DNA of 64,000 nt from a virus. The DNA lies in the IMG/VR virus record IMGVR_UViG_3300025383_001098, one strand, 5' to 3'. The notes beneath the pieces were generated by a model. That model saw only the letters and a program-made list of their open reading frames with translations. It did no database searches and had not been told where the DNA came from. How positions within the stretch are numbered: position 1 is the first letter of the stretch; each line of letters begins with the position of its first letter. Below are positions 54,294 to 64,000 of the stretch, in pieces. The position numbers were made by a program, and so were the translations under genes.

Positions 54294-57182
54294 ATGGAAC
54301 ACCCATACCCAATTTGGACTACTCCCGCAGGAAGCCTTGGGATATTACCCGAGAACAATTTCTATGAGTTCCAATTGGCAGCTAACAGCCAAGGTACTGG
54401 CGCCTTAACCTACAGTCATATTTCAGGAACTTTACCTCCAGGCATACACCTAACTCCAGCAGGACTATTAGAAGGTGTGCCAGTGGTAGTTGATGCTACT
54501 ACACCAAGCAATAGAGATTATTCGTTTACTATTCGTGCTAAAAATCAATATTTGAATGTTGCCGACCGTACATTTTCAATCACAGTTAGTAATATTCTTC
54601 CTCCACAGATTACACCAAGAACTACAAACTTAGGTGACTATTTTGATGGATCATTTTTTAGCCTACAGTTACACGCAACAGAAGTAGATCCAAATGCCAC
54701 ACTGACCTGGACACTACTCAATGGAACTTTACCCAATGGTATTTCGTTATCACCATCGGGCCTGTTGTCGGGATTTTTGTATCCTGTACCAACAGTCGGG
54801 GCAGCCGGATTAACCAACTACGATAATACTGCCTATAACGATTTTGGCTACGACAATGCTCCATTGTACAGAACTCAAAATTATTCGTTTACAATTTCTG
54901 TAAATGATGGCGCTAATACCGATTCTTTAAATTACAAATTAAAAGTTACAGCCAAGGGAACTTGGACTGCCGATGATAACATAGATACAGTCGATGACAG
55001 TCTTACCATTGACCACGATAATATATATTTGCCTATTGTAACAACACCTCCGGGTAGTTTACCTACTTTACGTTGTGGCAGTAATTTTGCATTTCAATTT
55101 AAAGCCATTGACCCCAACGGAGATAGTGTATCATTCCAATTAACTAATCCTGGTACAAGCCCATTTGACGAAAACGGTATTGATAATCAAACCTTAACCG
55201 GTGGCCATTGGGTATTTTCTGGTGGCGGATTGGCTATTAACGCAGGCGGAACAACACCCGGTACTGGCTTTGATTCTACAGCATTTGACCAAGAAGCATT
55301 ATCTTTACCAGCAGGGTTAACACTTGATTCAAATACTGGTTGGTTCTCTGGTCATTTGCCACTACAGACAGAATCGTCAATTACCTACAGTTTTATCGTA
55401 CAAGTATACAAAACCGATAGACCTTTATATGTTAGCCTTCCACAGATTTATTATCTAACTGTTATAGGTGACATAAACAATACAATTACATGGACAACCC
55501 CCAGCGACCTTGGCACTATTGACAACGGTGCTGTTAGTGAACTGTCCATTTCAGCAGTTAGCGAAACAGGCAAAGACTTAATTTATACACTGGCTCCACC
55601 AAGTAATCAAAACAAAAAAGATTATGGTATTAGAGATAGTAGCATAGTCAGTAAATTACCACAGGGATTAAAACTGTTACCGTCAGGATTAATTTCAGGT
55701 CGAGCAAGTTTTGAATATTTTAGTTTAGATGCTGGAACAACTACTATCGATGGTAACAAGTCTACCTTTGATGATACTTATAAATTTACAGTATTAGCCG
55801 AAGCGTCAGACAAATCTGTATCAAGCACAAAAACATTTACTATTCAATTAAAGAATTATAACTTAAAACCATACGAAAACTTATACTTAAAAGCATTGCC
55901 AACGCTTGATCAACGCCAGACATTCCTGGACATTGTTAATAATAAAGACATATTCCCAGACAATTTAATTTATCGCTCTGATGATCCTTGGTTTGGCCGT
56001 GCCCGAGATATTCGTAGTTTATTCTTACCAGGCATAGAACCAAGTATGTTAGCGGACTATGCGGCGGCAATGGGAACCAACCATTTTAATAAACGTATAG
56101 AGTTCGGCGATGTCAGAACTGCAAGAGCAGTTGATGCCAACTTTAATGTCAAGTATGAAGTGGTATACATTCCTTTGTTAGATAACGAAACTTATAAAGG
56201 CAATAGTCCAGCAAATATAAGTAAGGTCAATTACGGTATTAATTATACCAATGGCTCGTCAACTGGATTTTCTGCTAATGTTTATCCAAACAGTTTCCAA
56301 AATATGCAGTCGGCAATTAGCAGTCATTTAGGCTATGCTAACCAAGGCGCATTACCAGACTGGATGTCCAGCCCGCAAACTGACAAAAAAGTATTAGGCT
56401 TCACTCGAGCTATTGTTTTAGCCTACACAGTACCAGGGGCCAGCTCATTGATCGCATATCGCTTGAAAGCCAATGGCATTGAATTTAACAATATTGACTT
56501 TGTAGCCGATAGATATGACCTTGATAATACCTATAGTTCTCACTTTGATATTAATCGAGGTAAATTTAAAGTCAGTACAGAAACTACATTTGATCGAATC
56601 TATAGAGTTGGTGCTGTTAGTCACGTGGTAGACTATGCTATTTCTATATTACCGTTTAATCGTGTAAACAATCAAACCTTAGATTCAATACAGGCAGTGG
56701 GCGGATTTGACGGAGTATTAAATATTACCGACGGACAAACATTAATTTTTTATCAACAAGAAAATTTCTTCAATGCCGGCGCTAACGACGGATGGACATT
56801 ACCAAATTCTTCAGTGATTCCGGGGTACTTAGAAAACTTAGCCAACCCATCTGTACCTAACGAACGAGGCGGAATCTGGAGAATTAACATTGATCCAACA
56901 ACTAACATAGTAACGCTGACATTTGTAACACCGGTAACTATAAGTAGTCAAATCCAGGTTAATTTAGGTAAAACACACGCATCCAGCATATTGTATTATA
57001 ATCCTGTGGTGCAACCTGGGCAAACTGTGCCGGCATATAGTTTGGTATTGCATACCAATACAGCAAAACCAACGGTATTTGATAACCATGCAACTGTATT
57101 CCTCACCAACCGAGATCAATACGGCAAACCTGAAGTTGGCGACACTTACTTAAAATTTCCTAAAACCCAAGTTTTACAATAA
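54294..57182 (+). CDS. Virion structural protein with putative Ig-like repeats (baseplate)
   Basis: Repeated W.TP.G.LG and G.LP.G..L...GL.SG units. Confidence 0.78.
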   Translation: MEHPYPIWTTPAGSLGILPENNFYEFQLAANSQGTGALTYSHISGTLPPGIHLTPAGLLEGVPVVVDATTPSNRDYSFTIRAKNQYLNVADRTFSITVSNILPPQITPRTTNLGDYFDGSFFSLQLHATEVDPNATLTWTLLNGTLPNGISLSPSGLLSGFLYPVPTVGAAGLTNYDNTAYNDFGYDNAPLYRTQNYSFTISVNDGANTDSLNYKLKVTAKGTWTADDNIDTVDDSLTIDHDNIYLPIVTTPPGSLPTLRCGSNFAFQFKAIDPNGDSVSFQLTNPGTSPFDENGIDNQTLTGGHWVFSGGGLAINAGGTTPGTGFDSTAFDQEALSLPAGLTLDSNTGWFSGHLPLQTESSITYSFIVQVYKTDRPLYVSLPQIYYLTVIGDINNTITWTTPSDLGTIDNGAVSELSISAVSETGKDLIYTLAPPSNQNKKDYGIRDSSIVSKLPQGLKLLPSGLISGRASFEYFSLDAGTTTIDGNKSTFDDTYKFTVLAEASDKSVSSTKTFTIQLKNYNLKPYENLYLKALPTLDQRQTFLDIVNNKDIFPDNLIYRSDDPWFGRARDIRSLFLPGIEPSMLADYAAAMGTNHFNKRIEFGDVRTARAVDANFNVKYEVVYIPLLDNETYKGNSPANISKVNYGINYTNGSSTGFSANVYPNSFQNMQSAISSHLGYANQGALPDWMSSPQTDKKVLGFTRAIVLAYTVPGASSLIAYRLKANGIEFNNIDFVADRYDLDNTYSSHFDINRGKFKVSTETTFDRIYRVGAVSHVVDYAISILPFNRVNNQTLDSIQAVGGFDGVLNITDGQTLIFYQQENFFNAGANDGWTLPNSSVIPGYLENLANPSVPNERGGIWRINIDPTTNIVTLTFVTPVTISSQIQVNLGKTHASSILYYNPVVQPGQTVPAYSLVLHTNTAKPTVFDNHATVFLTNRDQYGKPEVGDTYLKFPKTQVLQ

Positions 57183-57245
57183 ATATTGGTGTAACACCAG
57201 CGAAATGTAAGCTAAATAATAAGATAATACTGGAGTATTTAAATA

Positions 57246-58502
57246 ATGGCATCAAACATTAACCCTTTTAACATTGACGGCACATATCCTGTTGCTGGTC
57301 AAGATAATGATTCTCAAGGTTTTAGAGATAATTTTACCAACACAGCTACTAACTTTAGTATAGCAGCTACAGAACTTACCGATTTACAGTCTAAAGTACT
57401 TTTAAAGTCTGCCTTGACTGGTCAATCATTAAACAATAACATGGGCGGTGCCAGCATTGCTGCCGTTAACTTAAATGGCGCTGGCTACAATATTAACAAC
57501 CAAGGTACTTTAACTGGTGCTGTTACATTAGATTTTTCTACTGGTAATGTACAAAAAGTTACAACTGGTGCACCAATTAGTTTAACATTTGCAAACTGGC
57601 CGACTACTGGTGTATTCGGCGAAATTTTATTGTGGGTACACATATCTAATGTTAGCCATACTGTCACTGTAAATACTACCGCTCCGGGTGTTACTGTTGG
57701 ACTGGCTGACGTTGCTGGTGCAATTCCATCATCTGGGGTGATTACTTTTGATACCACAGGTGATTTCTTCTTGTCTTTTAGCACAATCGACGGTGGACAA
57801 AATATTGTTATTAACGATGTAAACCGCAACTCTGCTACTTTCCGTGATCCAAATTTTTATTTTAATGATAATATAAGCAGTACATTCTTTGTCGGATATG
57901 ATACCAACTTGCCAGTGGCACTTGCATCAGATTCTGGACAAAATAGAGTAAGCATTTACGGATCCGTGGTATCAACATCTGTTGGTAACTTGACTCTTGC
58001 AAACTTACGTAACAACCAATTGGATACCGGCACATTAGCTGGATATACAATTACCAGTGCTCGCGGCAATTTAGCCACAGCTACCATTGCGCCTGTTAAC
58101 AGCAATGACTATTTGGGTTATGTTAATGCTGTTACTTTCACAGGCAACGGTGCAGGCAACGTATTCCAACAGTTATCAAGTATCGATTTCTATGCTACTG
58201 GTTCTAACGTAACCTATGGTTTGGGTGGTAATATTGCTTTCTTCACTGGTAAAGACGGTGACGTGGCTCTACAACATACCGTTTATCAAGCAGTAGGCAT
58301 CGAAAACGACCAAAGTACTCATATGTTTGGTAACGTGTTATTAAGTGCTACAGCTACCAGTGGCGGCACAAGTAGTTATGTTCCAGCAACATCTGGTGCC
58401 AAAGGTACCGCTGGTCAAATTGCCTGGGACCAAACATACTTCTATGTTTGTACAGCAACCAATACTTGGAAACGGGTCGCTCTAAACGTAACAAGTTGGT
58501 AA
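57246..58502 (+). CDS. Virion structural protein (baseplate/tail)
   Basis: YPVAGQDNDSQGFRDNF N-terminus; G..GQIAWD..Y.YVCTATNTWKR C-terminus; late motifs near 57178 and 57212. Confidence 0.78.
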   Translation: MASNINPFNIDGTYPVAGQDNDSQGFRDNFTNTATNFSIAATELTDLQSKVLLKSALTGQSLNNNMGGASIAAVNLNGAGYNINNQGTLTGAVTLDFSTGNVQKVTTGAPISLTFANWPTTGVFGEILLWVHISNVSHTVTVNTTAPGVTVGLADVAGAIPSSGVITFDTTGDFFLSFSTIDGGQNIVINDVNRNSATFRDPNFYFNDNISSTFFVGYDTNLPVALASDSGQNRVSIYGSVVSTSVGNLTLANLRNNQLDTGTLAGYTITSARGNLATATIAPVNSNDYLGYVNAVTFTGNGAGNVFQQLSSIDFYATGSNVTYGLGGNIAFFTGKDGDVALQHTVYQAVGIENDQSTHMFGNVLLSATATSGGTSSYVPATSGAKGTAGQIAWDQTYFYVCTATNTWKRVALNVTSW

Positions 58503-58520
58503 TTAAACCAAAATTAAATC

Positions 58521-58549
58521 TTGACTCCCAACAAAAAATAGTATATACT
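58521..58549 (+). promoter_or_regulatory. Sigma70 promoter flanked by a 9-bp inverted repeat
   Basis: TTGACT-17-TATACT; ACTCCCAAC/GTTGGGAGT. Confidence 0.75.
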
Positions 58550-58573
58550 ATGTAAAGTTGGGAGTTTTCTTTT

Positions 58574-58831
58574 ATGCATCCATTAGGCACAGATTTAAGT
58601 AATTTAAAAGACGAAGAATTACAAACAAAATTTAGTGAGTTATCCAAACGGCTAACTCAATGCTATCGGTTTGGCCCTCAATCGGTTATACCACAATTAC
58701 AAATGCTTATGGGCGACTACCAAGAAGAAATTCAACGTCGTAATCAAAAGACCATGGACGAGCTAATGAAAAAAGGCGAAAAGGGTGGCGATGGCAAAAA
58801 TGGTTACAAAGGTATTATTGACATTTCATGA
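58574..58831 (+). CDS. Conserved hypothetical coiled-coil protein
   Basis: GGAG SD; HPL..DLS.LKD.EL. Confidence 0.72.
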   Translation: MHPLGTDLSNLKDEELQTKFSELSKRLTQCYRFGPQSVIPQLQMLMGDYQEEIQRRNQKTMDELMKKGEKGGDGKNGYKGIIDIS

Positions 58832-59352
58832 ACTATAACAAGTTTGGACAAGCCTATACAACAGAGGCTGAACTCTGCGACCTGTTGTATCAAAATCCCG
58901 AGTTGGATATCAGCCGCTTTATGGTTGAAGACCCAGGAGTTTATAATCAAAGCAGAGAACAAACCTATAGTGACTTACCAATACTACGACGCTATGTACC
59001 AGTTGACTACAAGGATGATGTTCCTGTAGAGTTGTTTGACCATGCACAACAGAGTCGTTGGTATATGCCAGAAGAATATCAAACATTAGACATAGCCAAA
59101 CATGTTTTAAGTTTATGCCAAACTGATGCAGAATTACAACGTGTGGGCGAAGAATTAATACTTTACCAAGAACGTGATTTATTCAACTTATTGCGTTACC
59201 TAAAATATTTTGTTGATACTATGCGTAAAAATTCAGTATTATGGGGCCTGGGACGAGGCAGTAGTGTAGCAAGTTATGTTTTATACTTGTTAGGAGTACA
59301 TCGTGTCAATTCAATGTATTACGATTTAGACATTAAAGAATTTTTAAAATAG
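58828..59352 (+). CDS. dnaE: Stand-alone fragment of family C DNA polymerase (DnaE alpha, palm region)
   Basis: RV.EEL......L, WG.GRGSSVAS.VLY.LG...VN..Y.L...FL. Confidence 0.82.
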   Translation: MNYNKFGQAYTTEAELCDLLYQNPELDISRFMVEDPGVYNQSREQTYSDLPILRRYVPVDYKDDVPVELFDHAQQSRWYMPEEYQTLDIAKHVLSLCQTDAELQRVGEELILYQERDLFNLLRYLKYFVDTMRKNSVLWGLGRGSSVASYVLYLLGVHRVNSMYYDLDIKEFLK

Positions 59353-59364
59353 GCAATTTTGTCC

Positions 59365-59372
59365 TATAAATA
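59365..59372 (+). promoter_or_regulatory. T4-like late promoter
   Basis: TATAAATA before AGGAG SD. Confidence 0.7.
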
Positions 59373-59394
59373 TTAGAATAACAGGAGTAATAAA

Positions 59395-59859
59395 ATGGGA
59401 AGAGTATACAGATCAGCACAAGGAAAACCAGTAGATATTGATAGTCTGCGTTTGGTTAATGAAGAAACTATTGCTGTAGGCAATATGAGAGTTAATGCAC
59501 GTGGTGATTTGCTGGGGCAGGGTGGACAGGTTTTAAAAACTCGTAACCAATCAATGGACGAGCAGTATCAAATTAACACCGCTCAAGCTCATAAACAACG
59601 AGCTCATGCTGCACAACAAGCACAACGTCGTGCTGGGGCTACTGTTACTCCTAACGTGCCTAAAGTAGAAGTTCCGCAGGTTGATCCAAGCGGACAGGCA
59701 TTTGACGATCCAGAACAACAGGCAGTATTAGAAGCTACAGAACCACTGGAGCCACAAATGCGTGGTAGTTTAGCAGACAGCATTGCCAAACAAGTTACTG
59801 TAAATCAAGAAGTACTTGATCCAAACAAGTACAAACCAAAAGGTCCACAACGTATCTAA
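59395..59859 (+). CDS. Conserved hypothetical late protein
   Basis: Y.SAQGK.VD...L.NE...AVGNM.VNARGD.LG.GG. Confidence 0.75.
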   Translation: MGRVYRSAQGKPVDIDSLRLVNEETIAVGNMRVNARGDLLGQGGQVLKTRNQSMDEQYQINTAQAHKQRAHAAQQAQRRAGATVTPNVPKVEVPQVDPSGQAFDDPEQQAVLEATEPLEPQMRGSLADSIAKQVTVNQEVLDPNKYKPKGPQRI

Positions 59860-59868
59860 GAGGAAAGA

Positions 59869-60243
59869 ATGGCATCATACGAATATACACAAATCACAGG
59901 TATTAAAGCATTAAAGGATCACGTTATTGTACGTGACATGAACTTTTCAGGCCGCACACTCAGTAGCGGTATTGTACTGTTAAGCGATGATTTAAAGAGT
60001 TCTGGTATTCGCCCACGATGGGCACAGGTGTATAAAACAGGCCCAGATCAAAAAGATGTTCAAGAAGGGCAATGGATTTTAGTTGAGCACGGTCGATGGA
60101 CACGCGGTGCTAAAGTAGAAATCAATGGCGAAGAAATTACAATTCGCAGAGTTGACCCAGGCAATATTATCTTTGTTTCTGATGAGCCATTATCAGACGA
60201 CAACCTTTCAACAGCAATAGACGCACAAGCCAAGAGCCTATAA
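59869..60243 (+). CDS. groES: GroES-like co-chaperonin
   Basis: IKAL.DHVIV, T.SGIVL, V..TGP, V..G.WIL; GAGG SD. Confidence 0.82.
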   Translation: MASYEYTQITGIKALKDHVIVRDMNFSGRTLSSGIVLLSDDLKSSGIRPRWAQVYKTGPDQKDVQEGQWILVEHGRWTRGAKVEINGEEITIRRVDPGNIIFVSDEPLSDDNLSTAIDAQAKSL

Positions 60244-60392
60244 TGCCTATGTACGAAACCGAAGTGCGTACACCTACCGGTCCACAAAAGGATCGTGTCT
60301 ACGCCAAGGATGCACAAGAAGCAAAAATGATTTTTGAACAACGTCACGGTCCTCGTAACGTTCCTTATATCCCACATATGATCCCAAGTTAA
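60243..60392 (+). CDS. Small hypothetical protein (49 aa)
   Basis: TAATG coupling; read by hand. Confidence 0.6.
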   Translation: MPMYETEVRTPTGPQKDRVYAKDAQEAKMIFEQRHGPRNVPYIPHMIPS

Positions 60393-60393
60393 T

Positions 60394-60615
60394 ATGGGAT
60401 TTCGTAAACCTGACCTCAATGAGGCATACTCTGCCATACGTCGAAGTTTGGGCGAAATACATAGCCCTTACAACGACGGTTTTACCAGTTCCTGTTGCAA
60501 ACAAGAACTTTATATGTTAAAATGTTGGTTAGATGATGAATATACAAAGTTACCAACATTTGCCGGGGAAGATAAATGGGAACAAGACAGACTGGTTCAG
60601 CTACTCAAGCAGTAG
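60394..60615 (+). CDS. Hypothetical protein
   Basis: SPYNDGFT...CK..LY.LK. Confidence 0.65.
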   Translation: MGFRKPDLNEAYSAIRRSLGEIHSPYNDGFTSSCCKQELYMLKCWLDDEYTKLPTFAGEDKWEQDRLVQLLKQ

Positions 60616-60791
60616 CACGAATAACCAAACCACCTAAATGCAGTATTTGCCGCCAGGTAATCACAGACTCCTGTACCTGGCGCCAGGGCCGTTGCCCTCA
60701 CGTACCAAGTATGTTAGATAATATCTTAGCAGATGGTTACAAATCACGTTTTTACAATTTAATTAAATTTTTTAAAGGAAAATCAAAATGA
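60576..60791 (+). CDS. Hypothetical Cys-containing protein
   Basis: CSIC...C.W.QGRCPH. Confidence 0.5.
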   Translation: MGTRQTGSATQAVARITKPPKCSICRQVITDSCTWRQGRCPHVPSMLDNILADGYKSRFYNLIKFFKGKSK

Positions 60792-60964
60792 AAGATATTA
60801 ATCAACTTAAAAATGATCACCACTTCCAGATCAGTGCTGTAAAAAGCGCATTCCGTTTAATAGCCTGCGGTGCTGTAATATTAGCCGGAGTGGATGCTCT
60901 TGGCGTTGCAGCACTTTTGTTTGGCCTAAGCGAAGTATTGGGTGTGCTTGAAGAGCTTGTATGA
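60788..60964 (+). CDS. Small membrane protein (58 aa)
   Basis: AAGGA SD; ATGA overlaps at both ends; HF.IS.VKS..R...E.LG.LEELV. Confidence 0.65.
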   Translation: MKDINQLKNDHHFQISAVKSAFRLIACGAVILAGVDALGVAALLFGLSEVLGVLEELV

Positions 60965-61152
60965 GAAACCTCAAGTTAGTCGATGCAGTTATACAATTAC
61001 ACGATATTGCTCGGTTGGTTGAGGAAGAAATTGGAAACGGATCATTGAGTCAAGAAATCCGTTTAGTAGCAGATCGGTTACATGAGTACTCGATTCAAGA
61101 CGACAAAGCTAATACAATAGCACATGCAATTATTAATCAGGTAAAAGAATGA
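60961..61152 (+). CDS. Hypothetical protein
   Basis: ATGA overlaps. Confidence 0.6.
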   Translation: MRNLKLVDAVIQLHDIARLVEEEIGNGSLSQEIRLVADRLHEYSIQDDKANTIAHAIINQVKE

Positions 61153-61373
61153 CAACCTTTACAACAGAAGATAGATTAGCAGCTGCCGACGATGGTCGTG
61201 CTCGCTGTGGATGTGGCAAAAGTCTACATCAACCTTATTGCGATGGTAGCCATGCCCGCAATGATCAAGAAATGAAAGAGTGGCAAGATAAGGTAGAATT
61301 AGAACGCTATCGTCAAGAAGCGTTGAATACGTGGTTTGATGGCGGTAGTTGCACTGGAGGCAAACCCGAATGA
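61149..61373 (+). CDS. CDGSH iron-sulfur domain protein
   Basis: CGCGKS...PYCDGSH. Confidence 0.85.
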   Translation: MTTFTTEDRLAAADDGRARCGCGKSLHQPYCDGSHARNDQEMKEWQDKVELERYRQEALNTWFDGGSCTGGKPE

Positions 61374-62293
61374 TAGAACTATGGACAGAAAAATATCGTC
61401 CCAAGACTGTTGGCGAATATGTATTCACGGATGAAAATCAAAAACAACAGGTAGAAGAATGGGTTAAAACAAAATCAATTCCGCATTTGATGTTAAGTGG
61501 TGGCCCGGGTACAGGTAAAACAACCTTGGCTAAAGTATTGATTAATGAGTTGGGCATTCAAGACTACGATGTACTACAGATTAACGCAAGTCGCGACAAC
61601 GGTGTAGATTTTATTAAAACCAAAGTCGAAGGCTTTGTACAAACTATGCCATTTGGTGATTTTAAAGTTGTGCTGTTAGACGAAGCGGATTACTTGTCTC
61701 ACAACGCACAGGGCATTATGCGTGGGCTATTAGAAACCTATGCCAGCCAGGCACGTTTTATCTTTACTTGCAATATGCCACACAAGATTATGCCGGCACT
61801 ACACAGTCGTTGCCAGGGTTTCCATATCGAAAAACCCGACACTACAGAATTTACTGCTCGTGTAGCAACTATCTTGGTAACTGAGGGTGTGCAGTTTGAT
61901 TTAGATACCTTAGATTCGTATGTTAAAGCTACCTATCCAGACTTACGCAAGTGCTTGAATCTTCTGCAACCAAACAGCAAAAATAACGTATTAGGTAAAC
62001 CTGGATCAAATGATCGTGCGGTTCAAGACTGGAAATTAGAAGCAGTCGATTTACTTAAACAGAAAAAGATTCGTGAAGCAAGAACTGTGATCTGTGCTCA
62101 AGCAGGCGTAGAAGAAATCAATGAAATGTTCCGCTGGATGTACGATAACTTAGAGTTATGGTCAAAAACACAAGAAGGACAAGATGAAGCAATTAAAGCT
62201 ATTCGTAAAGGCATGGTAAGTCATAGTCAAGTAGCAGATCCTGAAATTAATCTTTCAGCAACTTTAGTGGAGTTAACCCAAATTGAACAATAA
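61370..62293 (+). CDS. Sliding-clamp loader AAA+ subunit (RFC/T4 gp44-like)
   Basis: LWTEKYRP, GGPGTGKTT, INAS, LDEAD, SRC. Confidence 0.93.
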   Translation: MIELWTEKYRPKTVGEYVFTDENQKQQVEEWVKTKSIPHLMLSGGPGTGKTTLAKVLINELGIQDYDVLQINASRDNGVDFIKTKVEGFVQTMPFGDFKVVLLDEADYLSHNAQGIMRGLLETYASQARFIFTCNMPHKIMPALHSRCQGFHIEKPDTTEFTARVATILVTEGVQFDLDTLDSYVKATYPDLRKCLNLLQPNSKNNVLGKPGSNDRAVQDWKLEAVDLLKQKKIREARTVICAQAGVEEINEMFRWMYDNLELWSKTQEGQDEAIKAIRKGMVSHSQVADPEINLSATLVELTQIEQ

Positions 62294-62669
62294 AAATATC
62301 AATCTTGTAGCGTTTTATTATATGAAACCACGTGCTGGTGTAAACACTACGGTCAAAGGCTGGATGGATAATCCCAATAATGTTCGTTGGGACGAGCGAG
62401 TAGAAATCACCCGTGGTCTTAAAAAAGACAGCGTTCATGCTAAAGTCATTATGGACCTTAGTAATAAAACTGTTACCAAAAATGCCTGGGGCGATAATAA
62501 AGATTTTGACGGATTGTTTAAGCATTTCTTTACAGGATATCATCAATATATCACAACTGTAATGACCCAGTTGGATCCTGAATATTTTAATAAAATGCTC
62601 GACGAGATGCAGGCAGAATTAGACGCCGAGAAAGAACCAGAAGCAAGTGCAGAGCCCGTTGCCCAGTAA
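62283..62669 (+). CDS. Hypothetical protein
   Basis: 128-aa ORF overlapping the clamp loader end. Confidence 0.65.
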   Translation: MNNKNINLVAFYYMKPRAGVNTTVKGWMDNPNNVRWDERVEITRGLKKDSVHAKVIMDLSNKTVTKNAWGDNKDFDGLFKHFFTGYHQYITTVMTQLDPEYFNKMLDEMQAELDAEKEPEASAEPVAQ

Positions 62670-63840
62670 TACCTTTTGTGTATTACCCTGGACTCATTTT
62701 TTTCACGAGCCCAACGGCAAAATTATGCCCTGTTGTTCTGCCAATAGCCGTTCGGCAGATTTTGGAAATATTCAGGACTTTAATTCTGCAGACCAAATTG
62801 TCAACACCGACGCTATGAAACAACTGCGTCAAGACATGTTAGCAGGACGTCAAAATCCTGCGTGTAGTCAATGTTATCGAGAAGAATCCCATGGTCTAAC
62901 CAGTTTTAGGCAACATAAGAATAACGACATCATTGATGTTAATCTCGAAGCCTTACTCGATAACACCCAACAAGACGGAACTTTGGACAACTTTAAAATA
63001 CAGTATTGGGATTCAAGGTTCAGCAACGTATGTAATTATAAATGCCGTATGTGCGGCCCAGATTATAGTCATACCTGGGCTGAGGAATCGTATCGCGGAT
63101 CTAATCGCAAAGATTATGTAATCAAAGCACACAATACAGACAATTGGTCAACTATTATTAATCGTTATGGCGATTTGACTCAATTGAAAGAAGTGTACTT
63201 TGCCGGTGGAGAATCACTTTATCAAGTCGAACACTGGTCTATGCTTGATCAATTAGACCAATTGGGCCTACACAATATAAAAATAACCTATACTACTAAT
63301 CTTAGTAAACTTGGATTTGGGCAACGTAGGTTAGAAGATTATTTAAAAAGATTTACAAATGTATTGTTTATTGTAAGTTTAGATGCCGTTGGGCCGCTGT
63401 TGGAATATATACGTTCTGGAAGTAGTTGGACTACTACACAAAACAATATCAATACTATACTTCCATTAGCAAGATTAAAATACAATATTGTAATAACAGT
63501 TTACAATGTATTACACTTATCGGAGTTAATTGATTTTGCAGTTGATCATACAACAAATTTTGCAGGCACTGATTTTACAGTAGCACACGAACCTGTTGCA
63601 CAAAATATTACTAATCTTCCAACAGAATTAAAAGATTTGGCCAGGGATAGATTATTATCCAACCGCAACTACTCAATTCTTAAAGATAAGATAGATGCTG
63701 TGATAAATTATATGTACGACTCGCCGGTTAGCAGTTGGCAGGCAACTATTGCAGAAACCAATCAATTAGACATAATTAGAAACGAAAGCGTATTATCAGT
63801 AGTACCAGAATTTAAGGAATATTGGCATGAAAAGATTTAA
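62647..63840 (+). CDS. Radical SAM/SPASM-twitch protein (paralog of 617..1927)
   Basis: FCVLPW, PCC, CSQC, CNYKCRMC, YFAGGE. Confidence 0.85.
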   Translation: MQSPLPSNTFCVLPWTHFFHEPNGKIMPCCSANSRSADFGNIQDFNSADQIVNTDAMKQLRQDMLAGRQNPACSQCYREESHGLTSFRQHKNNDIIDVNLEALLDNTQQDGTLDNFKIQYWDSRFSNVCNYKCRMCGPDYSHTWAEESYRGSNRKDYVIKAHNTDNWSTIINRYGDLTQLKEVYFAGGESLYQVEHWSMLDQLDQLGLHNIKITYTTNLSKLGFGQRRLEDYLKRFTNVLFIVSLDAVGPLLEYIRSGSSWTTTQNNINTILPLARLKYNIVITVYNVLHLSELIDFAVDHTTNFAGTDFTVAHEPVAQNITNLPTELKDLARDRLLSNRNYSILKDKIDAVINYMYDSPVSSWQATIAETNQLDIIRNESVLSVVPEFKEYWHEKI

Positions 63841-64000
63841 ACAAACAGATCACGGTGACAGAGGTTGGTTTGTAGGGCAATGGGAAAAGGCTGTGTTTAG
63901 AACCGATCTATTTGAAGTAGCTCACGGTTTTAATGTAGCCGGTGAACACAGTCCGAATCACTATCATCAAAAAGCCACTGAAATTAATTTAATAACATCG
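63827..64000 (+). CDS. Cupin-domain protein, 3'-truncated by window edge
   Basis: AAGGA SD; GWFVG.W...FEVA....G....HYH..ATEINLI. Confidence 0.65.
   Translation, partial: MKRFKQTDHGDRGWFVGQWEKAVFRTDLFEVAHGFNVAGEHSPNHYHQKATEINLITS

Noticed and set aside
1-64000. Bacterial chromosome or prophage origin suggested by porin, tctABC, ahpCD, infA and erpA
   Set aside because: These genes are interspersed singly among dense phage-type ORFs with late TAAATA promoters and virion genes; no integrase or housekeeping operons were seen
1-64000. Alternative genetic code (stop-codon recoding)
   Set aside because: Known genes are full length in code 11; TAA, TAG and TGA all end genes, and ATGA overlaps are common
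1-64000. CRISPR array, DGR, retron, IS element or group I/II intron
   Set aside because: No regularly spaced repeats, reverse transcriptase, transposase or interrupted core gene were seen by eye; a weak element could have been missed

Overview
The window looks like a 64-kb segment of a large (jumbo, distantly T4-like) dsDNA phage genome in the standard genetic code, almost all on the + strand. The host is probably a freshwater betaproteobacterium, inferred from a Burkholderiales-type porin, the TctABC transporter and the tmRNA tag ANDEQFALAA. Two promoter classes are visible: host sigma70-type early promoters (TTGACN-17-TATAAT) and T4-like late TAAATA motifs. Core phage genes include an ATP-dependent DNA ligase, an RFC/gp44-type clamp loader, a stand-alone DnaE fragment, a GroES-like chaperonin and a baseplate/tail-fibre block containing an S53 protease. 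Host-like auxiliary genes include uvsE, ahpC/ahpD, SOD, erpA, infA, a porin and tctA/tctB plus two tctC. The most interesting items are: (1) an RNA locus at 17.0-18.1 kb with a circularly permuted two-piece tmRNA whose intervening segment is tRNA-like, preceded by two unrecognised structured RNAs closed by about 21-bp stems; (2) directly downstream, a coupled six-gene operon (PP-loop ATPase, TctC, oxygenase, TctC, oxygenase, PP-loop ATPase) which, with the porin and TctAB, could form a phage small-molecule synthesis/uptake system; (3) late enzymes (nucleotidase-ParB, amidoligase, nucleotidyltransferase, SOD) with T4-like capsid-targeting N-termini; (4) PhaR-like boxes at a phasin-like gene; (5) several hairpin and operator timing devices. 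All family calls come from motif recognition by eye; no database searches or folding programs were run.
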